DNA from: Candidatus Marinacidobacterales bacterium | GTDB lineage: Bacteria; Acidobacteriota; Vicinamibacteria; Marinacidobacterales; DATDRI01 | Assembly: GCA_965219415.1 (NCBI GenBank) | Contig: CBDCNP010000002.1 | Span: 2,816,001 to 2,880,000 of the forward strand | Reading direction: 5' to 3' | Length of the DNA: 64,000 nt | Shown here: positions 52,931 to 62,980 of the stretch, piece by piece | How the letters are laid out: the number at the start of each line of letters is the position of its first letter | Numbering within the stretch: position 1 is the first letter of the stretch | Translations under genes and position numbers: made by a program | Notes under the pieces: model-generated | Told to the model about the DNA's origin: nothing | The model's input: only the letters and a program-made list of their open reading frames with translations | Databases searched by the model: none

Positions 52931-53833
52931 ATGTTAGCTGCACAGAAAGCATTCTTGGACGATCTGGAGCACCGACGCGGGGTCTCCGCGCACACGGTCA
53001 AGAGCTACCGCGCCGACCTCGACCAGTTCACCAGCTTCCTCGTCGATGAATGGGGGATGGATCCCAAAAAGCTTACTCCCGAAGACGTCGATGTGCTGAC
53101 GCTGCGAGGGTTTCTTGCTTACCTGCACGACAAAGGCATCGCGCGATCTTCCATCGCTCGCAAGCTCGCCGCCCTTCGCACCTTCTTCCGATTTCTCACG
53201 CGCGAAGGGAGTCTGGAGAAGAACCCGGCTCGTTTGATCGCGACCCCAAGACAAGACAAGAAGATCCCCGATCGCATGGAAGAAAACGAGGTCGAAAGAC
53301 TCATCGATTGTCCGGATAGGACCGAGCCGCTCGGGAGACGTGATCACGCGATTTTGGAGTTAATCTACGCAACCGGACTCCGAGTCGGCGAATTGGTGGG
53401 GCTCGATCGCAGCTCCATCGAACGGGATGCGCAACTGGTGCGGGCCCAAGGAAAAGGAGGCAAAGAAAGGCTCGTCCCTTACGGAGAGCCGGCGGAGGCC
53501 GCTCTCGAGAGCTACCTTCGAGACCGGCAAGAGCTGACCCGGCGAGGGCCGGGCACCGACGCGCTTTTTCTGAACGCACGCGGCCAAAGACTCACTTCAC
53601 GCAGTGTCCACCGCCTGGTGCGAAAGTATTTAGATCAGGCGTCACTCCGCTCGGGGCTTTCCCCTCACAGCCTACGACACGCCTTTGCGACTCATCTGCT
53701 CGAGCGGGGAGCCGATTTGCGATCGATCCAGGAGCTTCTCGGCCACTCGAGTCTTTCGACCACGCAGAAATACACGCATCTCTCGACAGCGAAACTCCTG
53801 AAGGTCTACGAGAAGAGCCACCCGAAGGCCTGA
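52931..53833 (+). CDS. xerC: Tyrosine recombinase XerC-like
   Basis: YATGLRVGE, GKGGKER, PHSLRHAFATH, QELLGH, TTQKYTH; dprA-topA-trmFO-xerC synteny. Confidence 0.88.
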   Translation: MLAAQKAFLDDLEHRRGVSAHTVKSYRADLDQFTSFLVDEWGMDPKKLTPEDVDVLTLRGFLAYLHDKGIARSSIARKLAALRTFFRFLTREGSLEKNPARLIATPRQDKKIPDRMEENEVERLIDCPDRTEPLGRRDHAILELIYATGLRVGELVGLDRSSIERDAQLVRAQGKGGKERLVPYGEPAEAALESYLRDRQELTRRGPGTDALFLNARGQRLTSRSVHRLVRKYLDQASLRSGLSPHSLRHAFATHLLERGADLRSIQELLGHSSLSTTQKYTHLSTAKLLKVYEKSHPKA

Positions 53834-53837
53834 ACAG

Positions 53838-54767
53838 TCACTTGCGCGGAACGAACTTCTGGATGCGCATGCCGACACGGACATCGGTCACGTAGACCGC
53901 CCCGGTCTTCGAGACCGCGACGTCGTGGGCCCAAAAGAATTGGCCGTCGTCCTTACCGAAGGAGCCCCACTTGGCGAGAATGTTTCCATTTAGATCGAGC
54001 TTCAGGGCACGATTGCGCTGGGGAGGCTCGTCCTTGAAATCACCACCGTCCGCGATGTATAGGAATCCATCGGGCCCAATCTCTAACCCCCAGGGTCGCC
54101 CCAACTCTTCCGATTTCCACTGACGGAGAAATTTTCCGTTCTCATCGAAGACCTGGATTCGAGAGGCCTGGCGATCGGCGACATAGACGCGGCCCTCGGT
54201 ATCGAGACCGAGGCCGTGCGGCTCGGCGAACTCGCCCGGGGCCTCTCCCTTGCCACCCCATTCGAGTAAGAACTTCCCTTCCTTCGAGAACTTCACGACT
54301 CGCTGGTTCTTGTGTCCGTCGGCAACGTAGACGGTGCCGTTGGGCGTTACGGCCACGTCAGTGGGCTCGTTGAAATGGGTCTCATCCCACGCACCGACAC
54401 CCCGTTCTCCCCAGGTCATCAAGAGCTCGCCTTCGTGGTTGAACTTGAAGACTTGATGAATGCTCTGATCCGTCACCCAGACGTTGTCTTCGCTATCCAC
54501 TGCCAGCCCGTGGGGCACGTCGAAGAGACCGTCTCCCCAAGAAGCCAGGACCTCTCCACTCTTGCTATCCAGGCGGAGAATCGGACGATCGCCACGGTGG
54601 AACACGAAGACATGATCGTGGGAATCAACGGCCACGCCGGGTACCTGTCCCAAAGCGAAGCCTTCGGGAAGCTTGGGCCAGCCATGGACAACCTGGTAGG
54701 TCCCATCGCCGCCACGACCCATCGGCGCGAGGGACAGCAGAGCCGCCATTAAGAATTGTCCGCGCAT
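53838..54767 (-). CDS. Secreted NHL-repeat protein (peptidyl-alpha-hydroxyglycine lyase-like)
   Basis: PHGLAVD..DNVWVTD, FNEPTDVAV, VYVADG, VYVADR repeats. Confidence 0.85.
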   Translation of the reverse strand: MRGQFLMAALLSLAPMGRGGDGTYQVVHGWPKLPEGFALGQVPGVAVDSHDHVFVFHRGDRPILRLDSKSGEVLASWGDGLFDVPHGLAVDSEDNVWVTDQSIHQVFKFNHEGELLMTWGERGVGAWDETHFNEPTDVAVTPNGTVYVADGHKNQRVVKFSKEGKFLLEWGGKGEAPGEFAEPHGLGLDTEGRVYVADRQASRIQVFDENGKFLRQWKSEELGRPWGLEIGPDGFLYIADGGDFKDEPPQRNRALKLDLNGNILAKWGSFGKDDGQFFWAHDVAVSKTGAVYVTDVRVGMRIQKFVPRK

Positions 54768-54796
54768 ACGGAGTCTTCTATCACGCTTGCGGGGAC

Positions 54797-57251
54797 TTAG
54801 AGAAGCTTGGCGGCCTGGGCGAAGGCGAGAATCTCCCCCGTGGACTGGAATCGTTCCTGCGGCTGCTTAGCAAGACAGTGCATCACCAGCTCCTCCAAGG
54901 GCTCCGGTATCTCGGGTCGAGTCTTCCGCAGGGGGGGACCGGAGAGTAGAGATGATGCATGACCAGATTCCCTTCGGTGAAAGGGGCGTGGCCGACCAGA
55001 ATCTCGTACAAAGAGGCACCCAAAGAGTAGATATCCGACCGAGCGTCGGTCTGCTGGGCTCGGGCTTGCTCCGGTGAGACGTACTTCGGGGTACCGGATA
55101 TCGACATATTTCCATCCACCACTTCGTCGCCGTGGTTGAGCTGCGCGAGCCCAAAATCGACGATCTTGACTCGATTCTCGGTGGTCAGAAGCACGTTGGA
55201 AGGTTTGAGGTCCCGGTGCACAATCCCTCGACGGTGGGCGTGCTCGAGTCCCTGGCAAACCGAAACGAGGAGATGCATCACCTCGGGAATCGCCAGGTGT
55301 TTCTTGCCGCGGAGAATCTTCGCGTAGTTCTCACCTTCCACCAACTCCATACAAATGAAAGGCTGATCGTCTTTGAAGCCGATGTCGAAGACGGTGATGA
55401 TGTTGGGGTAGTTGAGAGCGGCCGCGGCACGCGCTTCGGCCAAGAGCTGGTCGCGGGCGTCGGCACTTCGGGCCAGCTCGGCGGAGAGGACCTTATAGGC
55501 TACCGGCCGTTTCAGCAGGCTGTCGAAAGCGAGATAGACGGCGCCCATGCCCCCCTTGCCAAGCAGTTTCTGCAATTCGTACCGATGGCTGTTGCCGTTG
55601 GTGCCACCGGCCATCGTCGTCTGCTGGTTTTCGAGCTCGATTTCCCTGGACTTCTCGGCGGCGAGCAGGTCGAGCGCCCGTGCGTGACGTTGATCGGCCC
55701 CCTCATAGTTGTACTGCACCGCCATGATCCGGTGCAGGATGTCGGCGGTCTTCTTAAAATCCTCTTGGGCCTCATAAGCCTGCGCCAGGACATCCCAAAG
55801 ATGAAGGTTCTCTGCGCGCACGTCCGCCTGCTGCCCCACTACCCTCTGTAGCTTTTCGATTGCGAGGGAAGTCCACCCGCGGCGAAGGAACAGTTTCGCC
55901 AGATGGGCGGTCGCGTCCGAATAGTGAGTATCGTCCGGCGGCACTTGCTGCAGATAGCCCACCATGTCCTTTTTCAGTTTCGCTTCGGAGGCGGCTTTCG
56001 CGGCTTCGAAGAATCGACCCGCTTCGGCAAAGAACTTGGCCGCTTGCTCGAAGTTACCAAGCTCCATCCGAAGCTCCGCGGCGCGATCGAACTTGTTTGG
56101 CCTTCTCCAAGAAACCCGCCCCACGAGACTTGTCGCCGCCAAGAATCGCGGCGTCGGCGGCAGCAGCAAACGCACCGGCATTCTCATAGCAATCGGCGGC
56201 ACGCCCGTACTGCTGCAGGGTCTCGAAAAGCTCCGCGGCTCGAACGGGGTCACCGGCCTTCAAAAAGCACTCCGCCGCCACCGGTTGATTTCCAAGCGAG
56301 AGCTGATGCTCGCCTTCGAGCGAGGCAGCGGTTCTCGAGTCTCCCACTTCCCCGAACATCTCCGCCGCTTTGTGCATCTGGCCTGATTTCCGGTAGAGCT
56401 CAGCCGCCCGTTTGTGCTCGCCCAACTTTTCCCAGACCGCAGCGGCGAGACCGTATTGGCCACCGCGTTCCATGATAGAGGCGGCCCTTTTTCGTTCGCC
56501 CACCTTCTGAAAACCGCTCGCGGCACGAGCCGAGAGCCGCGCCAGCTCCTGTCGTTGTTTTTCGGAGAGATACCCTTGCGCCCCGGCCGAAACTTCGCCC
56601 AATTGGCGCTCGAAAAGCTCAGCGGCCCTCCGGAAGTCCCCGGCGCTCTCGTAGGCGACACCGGCCTTCAAATAGTAACCACCTCGGCTGTAGAGTTCCC
56701 CGGCGCGTTCGAAGTTCCCGGCCTTGCCGAACATCGCCGCCGCCTCCAAAGCCGAGCCCGCATCGAGGTAGATCTCGGCGGCACGCTCCAACTTCCCCGC
56801 TTCAGCAAACAGACGGGCGGCGCGAACTTTTTCGTTGCCGAGAACGAACCAATCGGCGGCGTAACCCTTACGACCCTTGCGCAAACAGATTTCTCCGCAC
56901 AAGCGGTACTCTTCGCCCTTCTCATAGCAATCGAGCGCTTGATCAAGATCGCCGAGCTCCTCGTAGAGTTGTCCGGCCCCGAACCAATCGCGCGCCCTCG
57001 CCGCTCGGGCCGCCTCGCGGCGAAGCTTGCCGTTCTCGAAACCTTGACCGAAAAGTTTCCCCATCAAATTGGCGGCTAACCCATCGCCTCCAGCCCGAGA
57101 GCGTGCGAGGAACCAACGGACCGCCCACACAATCGCCACCAAAACGAGCACCTTCTGGCCGTACTTCCATCCGAAGTACGGCACGATTTCGCGCCAGTAC
57201 GTCGTCCAGCGGGCCGGCGACCGATGCCCTGTAGACCGTGTAGAGTTCCAC
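54797..57251 (-). CDS. Membrane-anchored TPR/alpha-solenoid protein with C-terminal Ser/Thr kinase, split by 2-3 frameshifts
   Basis: TM helix (KVLVLVAIVWAVRW), many (R/K)AAE.(Y/F)..AG repeats, GKGGMG.V, VAYK, HRDLKPSN, DFG, SPE. Frame changes near 56100, near 54935 (G7 run) and probably near 57200. Confidence 0.75.
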
Positions 57252-57417
57252 AAAGACACCAGGAATACAGAATCCGTGCCAGGGGGAATACTCTCCAAAC
57301 TATTGTGCAAATGGGGTTTCACTGAGCCCCCTGAGAGAAGGGTGGGGGTAAAGGCACCCACCGGTGGGCCAAAGAAGTGACGTTTCCTGGAGGAGGGCTG
57401 ATGAGAGCTGGGGGAGG

Positions 57418-58296
57418 CTAATCTAACTGCAGGCGCCTCAGATATTCTCGAAAGGCAGCCCCCAGATCGGGGCGTTTCAAAGCGTACTCTACGCTCGCTT
57501 TGAGGAAGCCTAGCTTGTTTCCACAATCATGACGCTGCCCCTCGAACTCGTACCCGAAGATCGGACGCTCGGAAGCCAGACTTCGCAAACCGTTCGTCAA
57601 CTGGATCTCGCCTCGTTGATCTTTTTCGGTCCGAGCCAAGTGGGAGAATACGTCTGGAGTAAGAATGTAGCGACCGATGATGGCGAGATCCGACGGGGCT
57701 TCATCGGCGGTCGGTTTCTCCACCATGTCACGGACCCGGTAGAGCCGCTCGCCGACTTTTTCGCCGGCGATGACGCCGTAGCTTCCGATTTCCTCGCGAG
57801 GCACCCTCATCACCGCCAGGATCGGCCCTTGCTCTTTTTCGAAGACCTCCAACATCTGCTTAGTGCAAGGCACCTCACTCGCAATGAGATCGTCACCGAG
57901 CAACACGGCGAAAGGTTCTTCCCCAACAAGATGCTCCGCGACCCCCACCGCATGTCCCAGCCCCTGCGCCTCCTTCTGTCTGACGTAGGAAACATGAATT
58001 AGGTCGGAAATGGCTCGAACCGTCGCCAGCTCGGCATCTTTTCCGCGCTCCTCCAAGAACCTCTCCAATTCGAACGAGACGTCGAAATGATCTTCGATGG
58101 CCGACTTGCCGCGGCCGGTTACGATAATGATGTCCTCGATCCCCGCCGCCACCGCCTCCTCCACGACATACTGGATCAGTGGCTTGTCCACCAACGGCAG
58201 CATTTCCTTCGGCTGAGCCTTGGTGGCCGGGAGAAAACGGGTGCCGAGCCCCGCGGCCGGGAGCACAGCTTTACGGAGTCTGGTCGGACGTGTCAT
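57418..58296 (-). CDS. galU: UTP--glucose-1-phosphate uridylyltransferase
   Basis: KAVLPAAGLGTRFLPATKAQPKEMLP, GLGHA, VEKP, GEIQLT. Confidence 0.97.
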   Translation of the reverse strand: MTRPTRLRKAVLPAAGLGTRFLPATKAQPKEMLPLVDKPLIQYVVEEAVAAGIEDIIIVTGRGKSAIEDHFDVSFELERFLEERGKDAELATVRAISDLIHVSYVRQKEAQGLGHAVGVAEHLVGEEPFAVLLGDDLIASEVPCTKQMLEVFEKEQGPILAVMRVPREEIGSYGVIAGEKVGERLYRVRDMVEKPTADEAPSDLAIIGRYILTPDVFSHLARTEKDQRGEIQLTNGLRSLASERPIFGYEFEGQRHDCGNKLGFLKASVEYALKRPDLGAAFREYLRRLQLD

Positions 58297-58452
58297 TTCA
58301 TCATAGGGGAGCAGTGCATCTTACCCCCGATCGCAGGCTAGTGCGACCGTGCAACACGCGGTCCCCACTGCCAAAGCGATCGGGATTAACCGCTCCCGCC
58401 AACGCCGAGAGATCCAAGCGGAGCTTTGAATCGGGAACGGGAGGGGGCTAAC

Positions 58453-59754
58453 ATGTCACGGATGTTGGACCTCAACTTCGTGGCCGACAACCTGGATCTG
58501 GTTTCTGCGCACCTCAAGGACCGCGGGCTCTCCGTCGACCTTTCCCAAGTCGCCACGCTTAACGGCGAGCGCAAGAGCCTCCAGACCGAAATCAGCCAGC
58601 TGCGTCACGACCACCAAAAGGAATCGCAACAAATCGGGGCGTTGCTCAAGGAGAAGAAAAAGGACGAAGCGGATGCCCTGCGAAGCCGTTTACGCGAAGC
58701 CTCTAATGTCATCAAAGGCAAAGAGGAACGGCAACGAGAAGTGGAAGAGCTTCTCCGCCAAGTTCTGCTCAACGTACCCAACCTTGCCCATGAGAGTGTC
58801 CCCGTGGGTCCGGATGCCTCGGCCAACGTCGAGGTGCGGCGACATGGCGAGTTGCCACGGTTCGATTCCCCACCGCGGCCGCACTGGGAGATCGGGGCGG
58901 AGCTCGGCATCCTCGACTTCGAAAGGGCGGCCAAGCTGTCGGGAGCCCGCTTCGTGGTCTACCTGGATCTCGGAGCCAAGCTGGAGCGAGCCCTCATCAA
59001 CTTCATGCTTGATCTGCAAACCAAGAGCCACGGCTATCGCGAGGTGCTTCCTCCTATCCTCGTGAACAGCGCCACCCTCGAAGGCACCGGACAGCTTCCT
59101 AAGTTCGAGGAAGATCTCTTTAGGGTTCGAGAGCGCGACCTCTACTTGGTCCCGACCGCCGAAGTGCCGCTTACCAACCTGCATCGAGACGAAGTCCTGG
59201 ACGCCGCTCAACTCCCCATCTATTACACGGCTTACACACCTTGTTTCCGGAGTGAGGCCGGCTCCCATGGAAAGGACGTGCGAGGACTCATTCGCCAGCA
59301 CCAATTCAACAAAGTCGAGCTGGTCAAGCTGACTACCCCTGAGACATCCTACGAAGAGCTCGAGAAGTTAACGGTTGACGCCGAGGAGGTTCTGAAGAGG
59401 CTCGAGCTTCCCTATCGGGTTGTGACACTATCGACGGGAGACATGGGCTTCTCCGCCGCCAAGACCTACGACCTCGATGTATGGCTTCCCGGTCAGGACC
59501 GTTTTCGCGAAATCAGTTCTTGCAGCAACTGCACCGACTTCCAGGCTCGTCGGGCCAAGATACGCTACCGTCCCGACGCGAAGTCCAAGGTCCGATTCGT
59601 ACACACTCTGAACGGCTCCGGTCTCGCAGTGGGAAGAACGCTGGTGGCCATCCTGGAGAACTTTCAGAATCCCGACGGTTCGGTCAGTATCCCCAAGGCA
59701 CTAAGACCTTATCTCGATGGGATCGAGAGGATAACCGCTGCTCGGCCTGCCTAG
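58453..59754 (+). CDS. serS: Serine--tRNA ligase
   Basis: [46 protein letters not shown]. Confidence 0.99.
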   Translation: MSRMLDLNFVADNLDLVSAHLKDRGLSVDLSQVATLNGERKSLQTEISQLRHDHQKESQQIGALLKEKKKDEADALRSRLREASNVIKGKEERQREVEELLRQVLLNVPNLAHESVPVGPDASANVEVRRHGELPRFDSPPRPHWEIGAELGILDFERAAKLSGARFVVYLDLGAKLERALINFMLDLQTKSHGYREVLPPILVNSATLEGTGQLPKFEEDLFRVRERDLYLVPTAEVPLTNLHRDEVLDAAQLPIYYTAYTPCFRSEAGSHGKDVRGLIRQHQFNKVELVKLTTPETSYEELEKLTVDAEEVLKRLELPYRVVTLSTGDMGFSAAKTYDLDVWLPGQDRFREISSCSNCTDFQARRAKIRYRPDAKSKVRFVHTLNGSGLAVGRTLVAILENFQNPDGSVSIPKALRPYLDGIERITAARPA

Positions 59755-59859
59755 TGCCATTCCCAACTGGATCCGCCTAGAACGTGATTAGCCGAGGTCA
59801 GCGTTGGCGCTGCGAAGTGCCGCCGTCGTACTTGGGGAGATTAGTTGGAGCGGCACTAG
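59751..59859. repeat. 109-bp MITE-like element with imperfect terminal inverted repeats and CTAG ends
   Basis: Left end CTAGTGCCATTCCCAACT; right end reverse complement CTAGTGCCGCTCCAACT. Confidence 0.55.
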
Positions 59860-61157
59860 GAGGCGGGTTTCGTCGCAACTTTGCGAGGCGTGGGCTTGTC
59901 CGCTAAGCGGAGCTCGGATTTCGACTGGCTCTTGCCCATCCCCTTTTCGGGTCGCCCGAGCAAATAGCCCTGGCCGTGATCGACACCGAGTTGGAGAAGG
60001 GTGTCGAGCTCTTCCTGCCGCTCGATTCCCTCGGCGATGATCGTGGAGCCCATTTTGTCGGCGAAAATCTTGAGGGCCTTCACCATCTCTTGGCGGACAT
60101 AGCTGGCGTCGATATCCCTTACCAGTTCGATGTCGAACTTCAAGTACTTGGGATTCAGATTGGCGATCTTTTCCAGACCGGAATGACCGGCGCCGATGTC
60201 GTCCACCGCAATGGAGATTCCCATCTCGGTGAAGTTGCGCACCGCCTCACCGAATAGGGAATAGTTCTCGATGGCGTACTTCTCGGTGACCTCGAGTACG
60301 ACTTGCTCGGGAGCAATCCCCAATTGTTCAAGCCGGTCCAGGAGACGGGCGCCATGAAATTCGGGGTCGTACATAGAAGACGGGAGGATGTTGATGAATA
60401 GCTTGGTCGGTTCAGCGAGTCCCTGGCCGCTCCGGAGAGCGCGGAGACGACACGCGCGATCGAGCTCGAACACGAGGTCGGCTTCGGCTGCCCCCTCGAA
60501 GAGGTTGAGCGGACTCTGAAACGCCGTCCCCTCCGGACCCCTGGAAAGCGCCTCGTACCCCATCACCTCTTTGTTGTCCATTCTGTAGATCGGCTGAAAG
60601 AGCGTGCTCAAATTGTCATTGAGGATAATCTCGAGTATCTGGGCTCGACTCTTGAACGCCTTCTGCAGTTGCTGATAGCGAACACACTCCCACGCCTCGT
60701 TGACGAGTCGGGTAACCAACCGTTCCGCCATGACCAGTGGATTGTGGAGCACGAGGCTGTAGCCGACCGGCACCTTGAGATCTTGCCGGACGTACGGTGC
60801 AGCCAATTTCGACAATCTTTGGTTGAAGTAGTTCTCGATCCTTGCCGCCGCCTCGAGCTCGGCGATCCGCGCTGGCCCTCCGGTTCGCTTCGGAGAGAGA
60901 AACACGAGAAAGGCGTCGCCTCCCTTGTCGCTGCTCGCCAGCATATCCGTGGCACGAACCTCTCCACCTCGCAGGTCTCGAAAGAGCTGCGTGGCGGCGT
61001 CCAGAACCTTTTCGTAAGCCTTGGAGCCGTAGTCGTGCTCCACCTGGCTCAGTTGTGAGAGATCGATGAGGAGTAATGCCATGCTGCTGTGTCGGACCAG
61101 CAGCAGCAGTATCTCGTCCAGTCGCTCTCGGTATGGGACCCCGTCGGCGTCTATCAT
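59856..61157 (-). CDS. EAL-domain c-di-GMP phosphodiesterase with degenerate GGDEF domain
   Basis: FQPI, YEALSRGP, LFIN, EVTE, AVDDIGAG, LKFD, IAEGIE, GQGY; the GGDEF site reads GGDAF. Confidence 0.9.
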   Translation of the reverse strand: MIDADGVPYRERLDEILLLLVRHSSMALLLIDLSQLSQVEHDYGSKAYEKVLDAATQLFRDLRGGEVRATDMLASSDKGGDAFLVFLSPKRTGGPARIAELEAAARIENYFNQRLSKLAAPYVRQDLKVPVGYSLVLHNPLVMAERLVTRLVNEAWECVRYQQLQKAFKSRAQILEIILNDNLSTLFQPIYRMDNKEVMGYEALSRGPEGTAFQSPLNLFEGAAEADLVFELDRACRLRALRSGQGLAEPTKLFINILPSSMYDPEFHGARLLDRLEQLGIAPEQVVLEVTEKYAIENYSLFGEAVRNFTEMGISIAVDDIGAGHSGLEKIANLNPKYLKFDIELVRDIDASYVRQEMVKALKIFADKMGSTIIAEGIERQEELDTLLQLGVDHGQGYLLGRPEKGMGKSQSKSELRLADKPTPRKVATKPAS

Positions 61158-61358
61158 GTCAGTTCTAATTGAGTCGGGCGTCCCTCGCTTGGCACAGGAG
61201 AATCCCGTGGCGAGAACGCCTGGCTCCGGTCGACGCGGTACTTTTGCAAAGAAGCATGCTCAGGGGGAGCTAGATTTTCGATAGAACGCTGTGGTGCTCG
61301 ACCTTCTATTCTGCTGTTAAATAACGGGTTATGGGTCAACAACTTGCTCTCCGATCCC

Positions 61359-61415
61359 GCGCTAGGGGCTTTCACCCTCACCACCCGGGGCGAAAATCCC
61401 CACGCTAGTTTTTTT
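61359..61415 (+). terminator. Imperfect hairpin followed by a T7 run
   Basis: GCG.TAGGGGCTTTCACCC...GGGCGAAAATCCCCACGC then TAGTTTTTTT; no plus-strand gene ends here. Confidence 0.3.
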
Positions 61416-61589
61416 GTTTCGACGCGAAAGGCACCTCAACTGTTGGCCCAGCCAAATCGCGGGGTTGCCATGATCGAAACTCGCCAGGGGGTTTGACCCG
61501 CGCAGCGTGGCTCACGGGTTGGCGGATGCGGTCGGAGTTGCTACCCATGAAGTGGAGCGGGGTTGATTTTGCCCAGGGTTTCGCCTGGA

Positions 61590-62980
61590 GAGTCAAGCCC
61601 ATTCTTAGTTGAAACTCTCCACGGCTCACGTTTAAGCGACCTTCTTCTTCGATACGGTTGATGTCTTCGCCTCGATCTTCAGTTCCCGCTTGAGAGCTTC
61701 GCGAAGCTTGGGAAGATGGCGGTAGCCCACCACCTTCCTCAAGCGCGGTTCGATGTCTACGAGCGCCGTTGCCAACCAGCGCTGGCGTTGGCTCGAGTTC
61801 TTCCAGTGGTCGACCTTCGCGCAGCGTTCCTCGACGAGAGCATTGACGGACTCAAGGCAGTTCGTCGTCTTGAACGAACGGCCCAGCACCGCGTGCACGC
61901 CGAGTCGATGCAACGTCAGCGTCTCCTCGAGGCCTTCCTCCAGGCTGCCAGCTGCGGATTGGTTCCGCTCTTCTAACTCACCGTGGAGTTGCTCGAGCGC
62001 AGTGAGGGCCTCTTCGTACTCCGGCCTGTTGTAGGCCCACTGGAGCCGCTTGCGCCATGACGCCTGCTCGCCCTTGGACAGGTAGCTCACTACGTTTTCA
62101 CGTTTGTGCCACTGGCAGCGTTGTATCAGGGCCCGCTTACGGAATGCCTTCTTGACTGCCGCTTGGAGACCCTTGCCGCCGTCGATGATCACCAGCAGAC
62201 CCTGGGAGATATCGAGTCCCCGCTCGAGCAGTGAACGCAGGAACGGCGTCAACACCTGCGCGTTCTCCGTGTCCGTCTCCACGAAGCCCAAGAAGCGTTT
62301 TTCCCCGCAAAGCGTGATGGCCAGAGCCACGACCATCGTTGCCTCGGCGAATGTCTTCCCATCCAGAAACAGCGCCACCACATCCTCGCCGGTCAGATCC
62401 CGTTCCTGCATCTCCCGCAGCTTCGCAGCGCTCGCTTGCACGAACCCTCGGGACACCGTTGAGCTCGACAGCCCGATGGCGCCCGGAATCGCTTCCGCTG
62501 CCGCCTCGTAGTTGCGACAAGAGATTCCGTAGAGAACTCGTTTCAGCAGAAGATCATTCACCTCACCGCCGTGGCTCACCGCCTCGTAGCAGCGAAGCGG
62601 AATCTCTCCTCCCTCGATGCTCCGAACCCGTGGCACACGGATCGGTACCCGCTGGCCGCCAAGCCCTACCGTGCCCGGGTTGCTTCCGGGACGGCGACCG
62701 CGCTCCAGCTCGTCCTTGCGAGAGTATCGCTCTCCCGCCAACGCCTTCACTTCGTCGTCGAGCAACTCGTGAACGTGCATTAGACCAAGGGGGACCAACC
62801 AACGGATCATCTCTACCTTGGCGTCCAGCACGAGTTCCCCGTAATCCTCGTGCCTCACCATCTCGACCTCACCCAAACGACGCGACTTCTTGCGTTTCTT
62901 GACCGAACGTAGCAGACTTCCCATCTCGGCTCCTTTCTTCGCGGCTTGATTTTTTGGGTTTACGCGGATTCGTGTGGGTA
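61590..62980 (-). mobile_element. IS256-family insertion sequence (ends approximate)
   Basis: Transposase at 61632-62924; probable right end GAGTCAAGCCCATTCTTAGTTGAAA at ~61590; left end unclear and abuts the ISL3 element. Confidence 0.75.
61632..62924 (-). CDS. IS256 (Mutator-type) DDE transposase
   Basis: LYGISCR, LFLDG (D), IIDGGKGL (D), QRCQWHK (CxxH), TTNCLESVN (E). Confidence 0.9.
   Translation of the reverse strand: MGSLLRSVKKRKKSRRLGEVEMVRHEDYGELVLDAKVEMIRWLVPLGLMHVHELLDDEVKALAGERYSRKDELERGRRPGSNPGTVGLGGQRVPIRVPRVRSIEGGEIPLRCYEAVSHGGEVNDLLLKRVLYGISCRNYEAAAEAIPGAIGLSSSTVSRGFVQASAAKLREMQERDLTGEDVVALFLDGKTFAEATMVVALAITLCGEKRFLGFVETDTENAQVLTPFLRSLLERGLDISQGLLVIIDGGKGLQAAVKKAFRKRALIQRCQWHKRENVVSYLSKGEQASWRKRLQWAYNRPEYEEALTALEQLHGELEERNQSAAGSLEEGLEETLTLHRLGVHAVLGRSFKTTNCLESVNALVEERCAKVDHWKNSSQRQRWLATALVDIEPRLRKVVGYRHLPKLREALKRELKIEAKTSTVSKKKVA

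Noticed and set aside
52931-53833. Phage or island integrase
   Set aside because: About 300 aa, no arm-binding domain, in the conserved dprA-topA-trmFO-xerC context with no cargo or att sites; a housekeeping Xer recombinase.
59755-59855. tRNA-Ser after serS
   Set aside because: No T-loop GTTCRA or cloverleaf; better explained as an inverted-repeat element.
61190-61205. sigma54 promoter at TTGGCAC near the EAL gene
   Set aside because: No TTGC at -12, and it points away from the gene.
61340-61420. c-di-GMP riboswitch upstream of the EAL gene
   Set aside because: I could not find the class I or class II consensus elements on the minus strand.
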